From a virus (lineage: Duplodnaviria > Caudoviricetes), in IMG/VR virus record IMGVR_UViG_3300030376_003333, positions 1 through 40,392 of that record: a stretch of 40,392 nt of DNA, one strand, 5' to 3'. A program made the position numbers and the translations under genes. The notes below the pieces were generated by a model, which saw only the letters and a program-made list of their open reading frames with translations, was not told where the DNA came from and ran no database searches. Positions 15,430 to 22,915 of this stretch are shown one piece after another (the stretch's first letter is position 1; each line of letters opens with the position of its first letter).

Positions 15430-15877
15430 GACCTGCAATACATGTGGACAAACACTTCCACTAAGCCAATTCTATAAAGACGTATCAAACAAAGCTGATG
15501 GCCATACTAGAGCCTGCAAGCCATGCCAAGCCTTAAAAAATAAGGAATATAGGCAACAGAATCCTTACATAATCATGCTGAATAATGCGAAACAAAGAGC
15601 CAAGAACAAAGGCTTAGCGTTTGATTTGGATGTTAAATACTTAAAAAGTATCAACAACCATATATGTCCTTATCTAGGTGTGCCAATTGAATGGACATCA
15701 GCGGATATTAGGTTTTCCAAGTCACTAGATAGGATTGACTCAGCTAAAGGATATGTAAAAGGCAATGTAATTATTTGCAGTCAAAGAGCTAATTACATTA
15801 TGTCCGATATGAAGATCTCCGAAATGGAGGTCTTGGTATCCAACTGGAAAAGAATTTCCACAATCACTTCCACTTAA
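15389..15877 (+). CDS. HNH-type (homing) endonuclease with N-terminal Zn ribbon
   Basis: CNTC...CKPC, then CPYLG...SLDRIDSAKGYVKGNVIICSQRAN. Start uncertain (GTG inside the pol gene). Confidence 0.75.
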   Translation: MKLSQEPTGQKLTKTCNTCGQTLPLSQFYKDVSNKADGHTRACKPCQALKNKEYRQQNPYIIMLNNAKQRAKNKGLAFDLDVKYLKSINNHICPYLGVPIEWTSADIRFSKSLDRIDSAKGYVKGNVIICSQRANYIMSDMKISEMEVLVSNWKRISTITST

Positions 15878-15883
15878 CCAAAC

Positions 15884-16609
15884 ATGAAACTTCTCATAGA
15901 TGCTGACTACTTCTGGTACAGATCAGCTGCAACAGCTGAAGAAGAACACGAATATAACGAAGAGCTAACGGTCATCGTTGGTAACTTCACTACTGGTAAG
16001 AGAACCATTCGCAGTGAGTTAAAGAAGCTACAAGAACGCTTTGACTCTACTGATATGCTGCTTTGCTTTACCGATAGGGTTAACTTCAGAAAATCTATTG
16101 ACCCTGAATATAAAGGCAATAGAACAAAGCGCAAACCCTGTGGTTATCTAAAGCTAAAGCAATGGGGGATGGAGACCTTTCCATCAATGATGGTTGAGGG
16201 TTTAGAAGCAGACGACGTTCTTGGAATCCTCGCTACCAACGGAACTATTAAAGGACCACATGTCATCATTTCACCTGACAAGGACATGCAACAAGTCGAA
16301 GGTAGACTTTATAATCTAAAGGAAGAGTGGGATGTAACTAAGGAAGCATCAGTACGAAAACTATATGAGCAATGCCTCTGTGGAGATCAAACAGATGGTT
16401 ATGCAGGATGTAGAGGCGTTGGGCCTAAGAAAGCTGGCTTGATCTTAGACAAGGTTAAGGACGGTAATTATTGGCCCGCTGTTGTAGATGCTTACAAGTT
16501 ATATAACCAGACAGAAGAGGATGCACTCAGAAACCTCCAGCTATCAAAGATCCTCCAGGCAGAGAACTGGGATCCAGAAAACAAACAACCTATCCTCATC
16601 ACCTCATAA
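15884..16609 (+). CDS. 5'-3' exonuclease (T7 gp6-like)
   Basis: LLIDAD, YKGNR, LEADDVLGI, DKD, GDQTDGYAGCRGVGPKKA. Confidence 0.95.
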   Translation: MKLLIDADYFWYRSAATAEEEHEYNEELTVIVGNFTTGKRTIRSELKKLQERFDSTDMLLCFTDRVNFRKSIDPEYKGNRTKRKPCGYLKLKQWGMETFPSMMVEGLEADDVLGILATNGTIKGPHVIISPDKDMQQVEGRLYNLKEEWDVTKEASVRKLYEQCLCGDQTDGYAGCRGVGPKKAGLILDKVKDGNYWPAVVDAYKLYNQTEEDALRNLQLSKILQAENWDPENKQPILITS

Positions 16610-16617
16610 ATCCACAA

Positions 16618-16824
16618 TTGTCTAAACAATCACCTAGCCATTACCAAAATGGCAACATAGAAGTCTGGGACTTCATAGCAGATCAGAATTTAGATTATTT
16701 CGCAGGTAATGTTGTGAAGTATGTCTGTAGAGCTGGTACAAAAGAAGGAGAATCTGAACGGGATGATCTTTTAAAAGCTGTTGCATATATAAGGAAAAAG
16801 ATTGAGATCTTAGCTAATGAATAA
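16618..16824 (+). CDS. DUF3310 family protein (T7 gp1.7-like)
   Basis: PSHY..G.IE, GNVVKYVCRAG.K, DLLKAVAY. Confidence 0.85.
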   Translation: MSKQSPSHYQNGNIEVWDFIADQNLDYFAGNVVKYVCRAGTKEGESERDDLLKAVAYIRKKIEILANE

Positions 16825-17173
16825 TCCAGACTTCTTAGAGCAAGCGTTGGAGTTTCGTGTTGCTAATGATCAACCTATAGGTACAAAGAATCTAGGACTA
16901 CAGAGATCACTTATCTCTGAGGAGTATCGAGAGTTCCTAAATGCTATTGATTATCAAGAGAGTAACGACAACAAACTTAAGGAGCTAGCAGATTTAGTTT
17001 ATGTTTGTTTTCAATATGCAGCCGCTGCAGGTTGGGATCTAAATGAAGCATTAGATCGAGTACATAAAAGCAATATGTCAAAGCTAGTAAATGGGCAGCC
17101 TTTGAAAAATAAAGAAGGCAAGGTCGTGAAAGGCCCAAATTATCAACCACCAAACTTAAAGGATTTAATTTAA
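16817..17173 (+). CDS. MazG-like nucleotide pyrophosphohydrolase
   Basis: LISEEYREF, KELADLVYV, VHKSNMSK, GKVVKGPNY. Confidence 0.85.
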   Translation: MNNPDFLEQALEFRVANDQPIGTKNLGLQRSLISEEYREFLNAIDYQESNDNKLKELADLVYVCFQYAAAAGWDLNEALDRVHKSNMSKLVNGQPLKNKEGKVVKGPNYQPPNLKDLI

Positions 17174-18553
17174 ATGTCAGATTTCATAGCCCGTACAGGT
17201 CGGGTTCAGTCGTGGATTGATAACCCAACTTCACGCCTACCAGTGTCATGCACTGTTTTCAATGTAAACGATTCAATGGAGGGACCAAATGGGATTGAAG
17301 CCAGCTGGAAATTTGCTAGCTCTGCACTTAGATATGGAGCGGGCGTGGCAATACATCTATCAGAGCTCAGACCCAACGGAACCGAAAATAAAGAAGGGCT
17401 TACAGCTTCTGGACCAGTATCTTTCGCTCGCATCTATTCATCGCTCAATGAAACCATCCGAAGGGGAGGAGTATACAAGAACGGGGCTATTGTGGCCCAT
17501 CTTGACCTCGAACACGGAGACATCAAAGAATTCATAACAGCAACTAGAGCACAGCTACCTTGGATAAAGAAGTGTGTAAACATTACTCAAGAGAGTTGGG
17601 ATGAAGCTGATAGAGAAACAAAAGATCTAATCCTCACTCATATCAAGTCAGGAGATATCTGGCTAGCTAAGAAGAAGTATGACCAACAAGGAGAAAGGAT
17701 CAGAGCTAATGTTTGCTTAGAGGTATTCCTTAAATCCAGAGCCACGTGCCTGCTTCAGCACGTGAACCTGGGGGCTTGTGATTATCAAGATCTAGTAACA
17801 GCATTTTGTAAGGGTATGGCTGAGCTATGTGCCTTACATTCTAAAACCAATGTTGAATCAACTGGAGAGTATCTATCTCCTGACGTTGATCGTCAAGTAG
17901 GTCTAGGCATGTTGGGTATGGCTAACTTCCTTAAGAGACATGGGATTAGTTATTCACAGTTTGGAGAAGCTCTAAGGATTATTAACTCTGAAAGACCTGC
18001 ATCATATGTAAGAACACCTGCATATGAATTAGCTCTAGAACTAAAACATGCTGTTGATACTGCAGCTCAAATAGCTAAATACAACAAGATGGATAGAGCA
18101 TTTGCTATAGCTCCAACAGCTAGCTGCTCATATAGATATAAAGATAAAGATGGGTTCACAACTTGTCCTGAGATAGCTCCACCAATTTCAAGATCAGTGG
18201 ACCGTGATAGCGGAACCTTTGGGGTTGAATCCTTTGAATATGGTGAGGTTGAGATAGCTTCAGAAGTTGGTTGGGATGCTTATAAGTCTGTTGCTGATGG
18301 TATATGTCAGCTACTAGAGAACACTGGTTTATTCCACGGATATAGTTTTAACAGCTGGTCCGATGTAGTTACCTATAACGATGAATTTATACAAGAGTGG
18401 TTGGACAGTCCTCAAACCTCTCTTTATTACGCTCTGCAGGTTCAACCTGACACACTTCGGAAAGATGATGCATCGGCAATTCTTGAAGATGAATATGCAG
18501 ATATTTTCAATTTTGAAGAGGACGAACAAGAATGTTTAACCTGCGCTGAATGA
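17174..18553 (+). CDS. nrdA: Ribonucleotide reductase alpha subunit (compact class I, cyanopodovirus type)
   Basis: PVSC, catalytic NVCLE, TCLL, IAPTASCS, SLYY tyrosine dyad, C-terminal CLTC. No ATP cone. Confidence 0.9.
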   Translation: MSDFIARTGRVQSWIDNPTSRLPVSCTVFNVNDSMEGPNGIEASWKFASSALRYGAGVAIHLSELRPNGTENKEGLTASGPVSFARIYSSLNETIRRGGVYKNGAIVAHLDLEHGDIKEFITATRAQLPWIKKCVNITQESWDEADRETKDLILTHIKSGDIWLAKKKYDQQGERIRANVCLEVFLKSRATCLLQHVNLGACDYQDLVTAFCKGMAELCALHSKTNVESTGEYLSPDVDRQVGLGMLGMANFLKRHGISYSQFGEALRIINSERPASYVRTPAYELALELKHAVDTAAQIAKYNKMDRAFAIAPTASCSYRYKDKDGFTTCPEIAPPISRSVDRDSGTFGVESFEYGEVEIASEVGWDAYKSVADGICQLLENTGLFHGYSFNSWSDVVTYNDEFIQEWLDSPQTSLYYALQVQPDTLRKDDASAILEDEYADIFNFEEDEQECLTCAE

Positions 18554-19287
18554 TGAGAACTAAATCTCCCTATACAAAAATAGTAGAAAGAAAAAGAAAG
18601 TGGACTCCTGTTGAAGTTGATAAAGGTAATCTAGTTGTTGGTTCGGAGGATTCTATCCACAGAGCCTTAGCTCTAAGAATATTAGAACTTCCAGTTAAGG
18701 AGTTTTTAGAACAAGGTTTAGAAAAGGAATTACCTGATGTACCTGGCGTGGTTGAAGCCCTTAGAAGTAACCAAGCTGACGAAGATAAGCATGATCTTGG
18801 TCTTCAATATGTTGTTAATGCTCATGGTGTTGTCGATAAGTCTGAGAGAGAAGCCCAAAGAATTCTCAAAGCCTGGCTTGAAGCTCCAGAGCACCCCTTG
18901 CTTAAGGCATCGATTCTCGAAAGATCAGTATTCTTTGTATTGCTCCCCTTCTTCAGATTCACTGGAGACATAGGTATACGCAGTTTGGCGGCCGATATCT
19001 CAAGGGACGAACAGACCCATGTTGCGCTCCACGGAATGGTTTGTCACGACTTAGGAATTAAAACAACTTCTAATTTAGACAAGCTTAGGAGAGCTACTGT
19101 TGCCTGGGTAATGGATGGTTTAGAGAAACCAACTAACGATAATAAATACCTTGATAAGGATTTCTGGATGAAGAGTTCAGATAGCTTATATAGACGTGGA
19201 AAGGCTGAGCTATTAGCTGATACACAAAGAGCCAGAATGCCTGCATTTTTCGAGGCAAGCAACGTAAACCTACCTAAATATGGCTGA
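18550..19287 (+). CDS. nrdB: Ribonucleotide reductase beta subunit (ferritin-like)
   Basis: Two ExxH motifs (DEDKH, DEQTH) plus the ILE and LERSVF glutamates; coupled to the alpha gene. Confidence 0.8.
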   Translation: MMRTKSPYTKIVERKRKWTPVEVDKGNLVVGSEDSIHRALALRILELPVKEFLEQGLEKELPDVPGVVEALRSNQADEDKHDLGLQYVVNAHGVVDKSEREAQRILKAWLEAPEHPLLKASILERSVFFVLLPFFRFTGDIGIRSLAADISRDEQTHVALHGMVCHDLGIKTTSNLDKLRRATVAWVMDGLEKPTNDNKYLDKDFWMKSSDSLYRRGKAELLADTQRARMPAFFEASNVNLPKYG

Positions 19288-19468
19288 AGTTATTCTCACT
19301 GAACAAGACGTCTTCACTGGAGATGCTCCTATATCCAAACTAGTCGACGATCTCGAAGAGTTATTCCCACCAGTAAACCCACTACCTACTCATGACATTG
19401 CGACTATTATGTTTAGATCAGGTCAGAGAGCAGTAGTTGATTATTTAAAAGATAAATACGATGTGTAG
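19280..19468 (+). CDS. Small conserved protein (pre-portal)
   Basis: LEELFP...IMFRSGQRAVVDYL; usual position before the portal in T7-like phages. Confidence 0.75.
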   Translation: MAEVILTEQDVFTGDAPISKLVDDLEELFPPVNPLPTHDIATIMFRSGQRAVVDYLKDKYDV

Positions 19469-19877
19469 AGCCCCAAAAGTGAAAATGCCGACGTATACAC
19501 CGCCGGCTCCATTACCAACTCCAGCTCCATTACCAACACCACAACAGGCGGCTCCTACTACAGTGCTGCCTTATAACTACCAAATACCTACACTAGGAGG
19601 CGGGTCTGGGGGTAGTGCTATACCCGCGCCGGCACCTACTCCTCCACCTCCACCTCCTATGCCTATGCCTGAGATTGTTGCTCCAGCCCCACCTCCTGTG
19701 GCAGCACAGAATCTGAATGATCAAGCTGTTGTTAAGAAGAGAAAGTCAAAGCGTAAGGAGTTACAACAGGCAAATAAAGGAGCTAGTGTTTTATCTATTA
19801 AAGCTGATAAAACAGGAGCTATTGGAGCAACAGCTACAAAAGGTACTGGTAAATCTGGTCTAAATATACCTAAGTAA
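19461..19877 (+). CDS. Proline-rich virion/tail assembly protein (gp7.3-like position)
   Basis: MC start, Pro-rich middle, basic KKRK...G..L.I...GLNIP C-terminus; directly before the portal. Confidence 0.65.
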   Translation: MCRAPKVKMPTYTPPAPLPTPAPLPTPQQAAPTTVLPYNYQIPTLGGGSGGSAIPAPAPTPPPPPPMPMPEIVAPAPPPVAAQNLNDQAVVKKRKSKRKELQQANKGASVLSIKADKTGAIGATATKGTGKSGLNIPK

Positions 19878-19878
19878 A

Positions 19879-21489
19879 ATGAAAGATTCCGCCCAAGCTA
19901 GATATCAAGTCGGGTTAGCGGATAGAGAAGAGTTCCTACAACAAGGTCGTGATGCAGCCGCTTTAACATTGCCATACCTCTTAACTGAGGATGGACATGG
20001 ACAAGGCGAGAACCTCAACAGACCTTGGCAATCAGTAGGAGCCAAGGGTGTAAATGTGCTCTCATCAAAACTGATGTTGAGCCTATTTCCTATAAATACA
20101 ACTTTCTTCAAGCTTCAGATAAATGATGCTGAGTTAGCAACTATCCCTAATATCGGACCTGAGGTTCGTACAGAGATAGATGAATCCCTTTCCAAAATGG
20201 AGAGGATGATCATGCAACAGATCAGTGAAACATCTGATCGTGTGATGCTACATACAGCTATGAAGCAATTAGTTGTCACCGGCAATGCGCTGGTGTTCGC
20301 TGGAAAGAAAGCCCTTAAAGTCTTCCCTCTAGATCGCTACGTCATCTCAAGAGATGGAAACGGCACAGTTATAGAAATCATCACGAAGGAAATAGTCGAT
20401 AGACAACTCCTTCCTAAAGAGTTCCAGACCGTCACAGGACATGACAACACTGAAGTTAATGCTCCTGGTGAAGATGGTCCAAAGTTTGGGGTTGCGACCT
20501 CAAGTAATAAAGGTAAGAGCGATGATGCTGTTGTATATACATGCGTCAAGCTAGAAGATGGACAACATAAGTGGTTCCAAGAATGTGATGGCAAGCCCAT
20601 CCCTAGTTCTAAATCAAGCTCACCATTAAAGAGTTCTCCCTGGATGCCACTACGTTTTAACGTGGTTGATGGAGAGAGTTATGGACGTGGAAGAGTTGAA
20701 GAGTATATTGCTGATCTTAGAAGTTTGGACCGTTTAGTTCAAGCTTTAGTGGAAGGTAGCGCTGCGGCTGCAAAGGTAATATTTCTTGTTTCTCCAAGTT
20801 CTACCACTAAGCCTCAATCATTAGCACGTGCTAGTTCAGGTGCAATAATTCAAGGAAGGCCGGAGGACGTTGGGGTCGTGCAAGTGGGGAAAACGGCAGA
20901 CTTCAAAACTGTTCAAGAGATGGTTAATCAACTAACTCAAAGACTATCTGATGCCTTCTTAGTACTTAATGTACGTCAATCTGAAAGAACTACTCTTGGA
21001 GAAATACAAGCGGTTCAACAGGAACTAAATGAGCAGTTAGGTGGCATCTTTGGAAACCTAACATCAGAACTTCTATATCCATACCTACAAAGAAAACTAT
21101 TTCTTTTAAGTAAGAATAAAGCTATACCTACCTTACCTAAAGGCTTAGTCATCCCTTCTGTGGTTGCTGGTTTGAATGGGATTGGTAGAGGACAAGATCG
21201 ACAAGCCTTAATGGAGTTTGTCACAACCATTGCACAGACAATGGGCCCTGAGGCATTAGCTCAATATGTCAATCCTGCTGAGGTTCTTAAGCGTTTAGCT
21301 GCTGCATCTGGTATTGAAGCATTAGGACTAATAAAGGATGAACAGCAATTAGCACAGGAACAACAACAGGCTCAACAACAGGCTATGCAATCGCAAGTCG
21401 TGGGACAGATGGGTCAACTAGCAAAATCACCAATCGCTGAACAATACATTAATGGACAACAAGGAACCGAAGAAGCCCCGCCCAGCTAA
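19879..21489 (+). CDS. Portal / head-tail connector (T7 gp8-like)
   Basis: PWQSVGAKGVNVLSSKLMLSLFP, ESYGRGRVEE, RQSERTT, Q-rich tail. Confidence 0.97.
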   Translation: MKDSAQARYQVGLADREEFLQQGRDAAALTLPYLLTEDGHGQGENLNRPWQSVGAKGVNVLSSKLMLSLFPINTTFFKLQINDAELATIPNIGPEVRTEIDESLSKMERMIMQQISETSDRVMLHTAMKQLVVTGNALVFAGKKALKVFPLDRYVISRDGNGTVIEIITKEIVDRQLLPKEFQTVTGHDNTEVNAPGEDGPKFGVATSSNKGKSDDAVVYTCVKLEDGQHKWFQECDGKPIPSSKSSSPLKSSPWMPLRFNVVDGESYGRGRVEEYIADLRSLDRLVQALVEGSAAAAKVIFLVSPSSTTKPQSLARASSGAIIQGRPEDVGVVQVGKTADFKTVQEMVNQLTQRLSDAFLVLNVRQSERTTLGEIQAVQQELNEQLGGIFGNLTSELLYPYLQRKLFLLSKNKAIPTLPKGLVIPSVVAGLNGIGRGQDRQALMEFVTTIAQTMGPEALAQYVNPAEVLKRLAAASGIEALGLIKDEQQLAQEQQQAQQQAMQSQVVGQMGQLAKSPIAEQYINGQQGTEEAPPS

Positions 21490-21706
21490 GAGACGGAGGG
21501 CTAAGAATACCAATGGAACATTTAAAGCTAATGATCCTTCTACTTCAGTAGATGATGCTTGGGAACCTGATGAAGCTCCTTTAAAGGATTACAAAATCAA
21601 ACCTAAAGTTTCTACTACTACTGATGGGAAAAGTACCGTTGGTAAGTATGGAAAGAAGAGATTAATAAGACCCACTTTTGGTAAAATATCCACAACAGAA
21701 CACTAA
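21452..21706 (+). CDS. Basic hypothetical protein
   Basis: 84 aa ORF between portal and scaffold; RAKNTNGTFKANDPST...AWE. Confidence 0.7.
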   Translation: MDNKEPKKPRPAKRRRAKNTNGTFKANDPSTSVDDAWEPDEAPLKDYKIKPKVSTTTDGKSTVGKYGKKRLIRPTFGKISTTEH

Positions 21707-22546
21707 ATGGCAGTAACAGAATTTGATCCAGGCACCGATGCACCCACCCTTGAACAGAAGGCAGCTGAAGCGGCTGCTTTAGAACAAGGAGAGAAGATCC
21801 TTCAAGCTGAGGCCGCAGATAAAGAGGGTCTATATGATCAAGCTAATAAGGAGAATGAAGATGTCTCGCTAATTGGTGGGAAGTTTAAATCTCAAGAAGA
21901 TCTTCTCAAAGCCTATAACGAGTTACAAAGCAAACTTGGTAAAGGCGAAACCGAAGAGACAGAAGAACAGGAAGCTCCTACTGAAGAAGCTGTTGAAGAA
22001 GAGGTAGTTGAAGAAGTTAGTGAGACTGTAAAGCTCATGACAGATCTTGGCGCTCAATTCGATAAAGGGGAAGAGCTAAGTCCTGAGTCTATAGATAAGT
22101 TAGCTGCGATGGATTCTAAGGATCTCATCAAGTCATATCTTGAATATAACAAGACAGCCTCAGCAGCAAACCAACAGGCACAAATCCAAGCTTCTGAAAT
22201 CCAAGCAATCCAACAGAGTGTTGGAGGAGCTGAAGCTTATAACGAAATGATTAGTTGGGCTTCTAGTAATCTTGGAGAACAAGAGATAGCAGACTTTAAT
22301 ACTGTTACCAATTCAGGTAATCCAGTAGCTATTAAGTTTGCTGTTGAATCTCTATCAACTAGATATAAATCATCTGAAGGGTTTGAGGCTCCTCTTGTAA
22401 CTGGTAAGAAAGCTTCTTCCAGTGTTAAGGCTTATCGCTCTCAAGCTGAGTTAGCTAGAGACATTGCTAACCCTCTATACCATAGTGATCCTGCATTCCG
22501 TATGGATGTTGAAGAGAAACTATCACGGAGTACCAACTTACTTTAA
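21707..22546 (+). CDS. Capsid scaffolding protein (T7 gp9-like)
   Basis: GKFKSQEDLLKAYNELQSKLG, VGGAEAYNEMISWA, Y..DPAFR..VEEKL; acidic. Confidence 0.93.
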   Translation: MAVTEFDPGTDAPTLEQKAAEAAALEQGEKILQAEAADKEGLYDQANKENEDVSLIGGKFKSQEDLLKAYNELQSKLGKGETEETEEQEAPTEEAVEEEVVEEVSETVKLMTDLGAQFDKGEELSPESIDKLAAMDSKDLIKSYLEYNKTASAANQQAQIQASEIQAIQQSVGGAEAYNEMISWASSNLGEQEIADFNTVTNSGNPVAIKFAVESLSTRYKSSEGFEAPLVTGKKASSSVKAYRSQAELARDIANPLYHSDPAFRMDVEEKLSRSTNLL

Positions 22547-22564
22547 TCACTCATAACAATAACG

Positions 22565-22619
22565 TCCGTTCATCCTTTAAAGGACGCATGAAACTTAAGC
22601 ATGGAACGGGGCTTAAGTT
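22565..22619 (+). ncRNA. Downstream-peptide (glutamine-II) riboswitch
   Basis: P1 ccgttc/gaacgg, P2 tcct-ttaa-agga, cgca junction, pseudoknot aacttaagc (22592-22600)/gcttaagtt (22611-22619). Followed by a YRGV peptide. Confidence 0.82.
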
Positions 22620-22632
22620 AATAATATTTATC

Positions 22633-22734
22633 ATGCCTAGCATCGAACTCCAAGCTCGTATCAAAGAGCAAAAGCAAAAAGTTAAGGAGCTTAAGCTTAA
22701 GTATCGTGGTGTTGAATATTGCGCCACTCGTTGA
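22633..22734 (+). CDS. DUF4278-like small peptide (33 aa)
   Basis: MPSIELQARIKEQKQKVKELKLKYRGVEYCATR*; L.YRGV.Y motif. Not in the ORF track. Confidence 0.8.
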   Translation: MPSIELQARIKEQKQKVKELKLKYRGVEYCATR

Positions 22735-22770
22735 ATCTGGTGATTAGGGGGGTTCGATTCCTCCCTCAAC
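22730..22770 (+). ncRNA. tRNA-elbow-like element E6
   Basis: gttga/tcaac closing stem, atctGGtgatta linker, gggggg-TTCGATT-cctccc. Overlaps the peptide stop codon. Confidence 0.7.
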
Positions 22771-22915
22771 AATTTGCCAATCTAGCCCATGTACGCATGG
22801 ATAACTTTTTTGGTGGCCACCTTGAGAGGGTTAATTCTCAAAATTCAAAACTGTTTAAACATACATAGCGATACATCGCAGACGTTAATAACCTTTTAAT
22901 TTAACTTTTAGTTTA

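Noticed and set aside
3490-15881. CRISPR array from the recurring short motifs
   Set aside because: The repeats are 11-14 bp, irregularly spaced and separated by genes; no cas genes are present.
17174-18553. Class II (B12-dependent) RNR call
   Set aside because: The YY dyad and the adjacent ferritin-like beta gene indicate class I.
19274-19296. Fifth copy of the TATGG...TTATTC element (ctaaatatggctgaagttattct)
   Set aside because: The spacer is 6 rather than 9 nt, there is no GGGGTA arm or hairpin, and it is explained by overlapping coding sequence.
19490-19700. Pro-rich repeats as a DNA repeat element
   Set aside because: Low-complexity coding sequence (PAPLPT, PPPP) with variable third codon positions.
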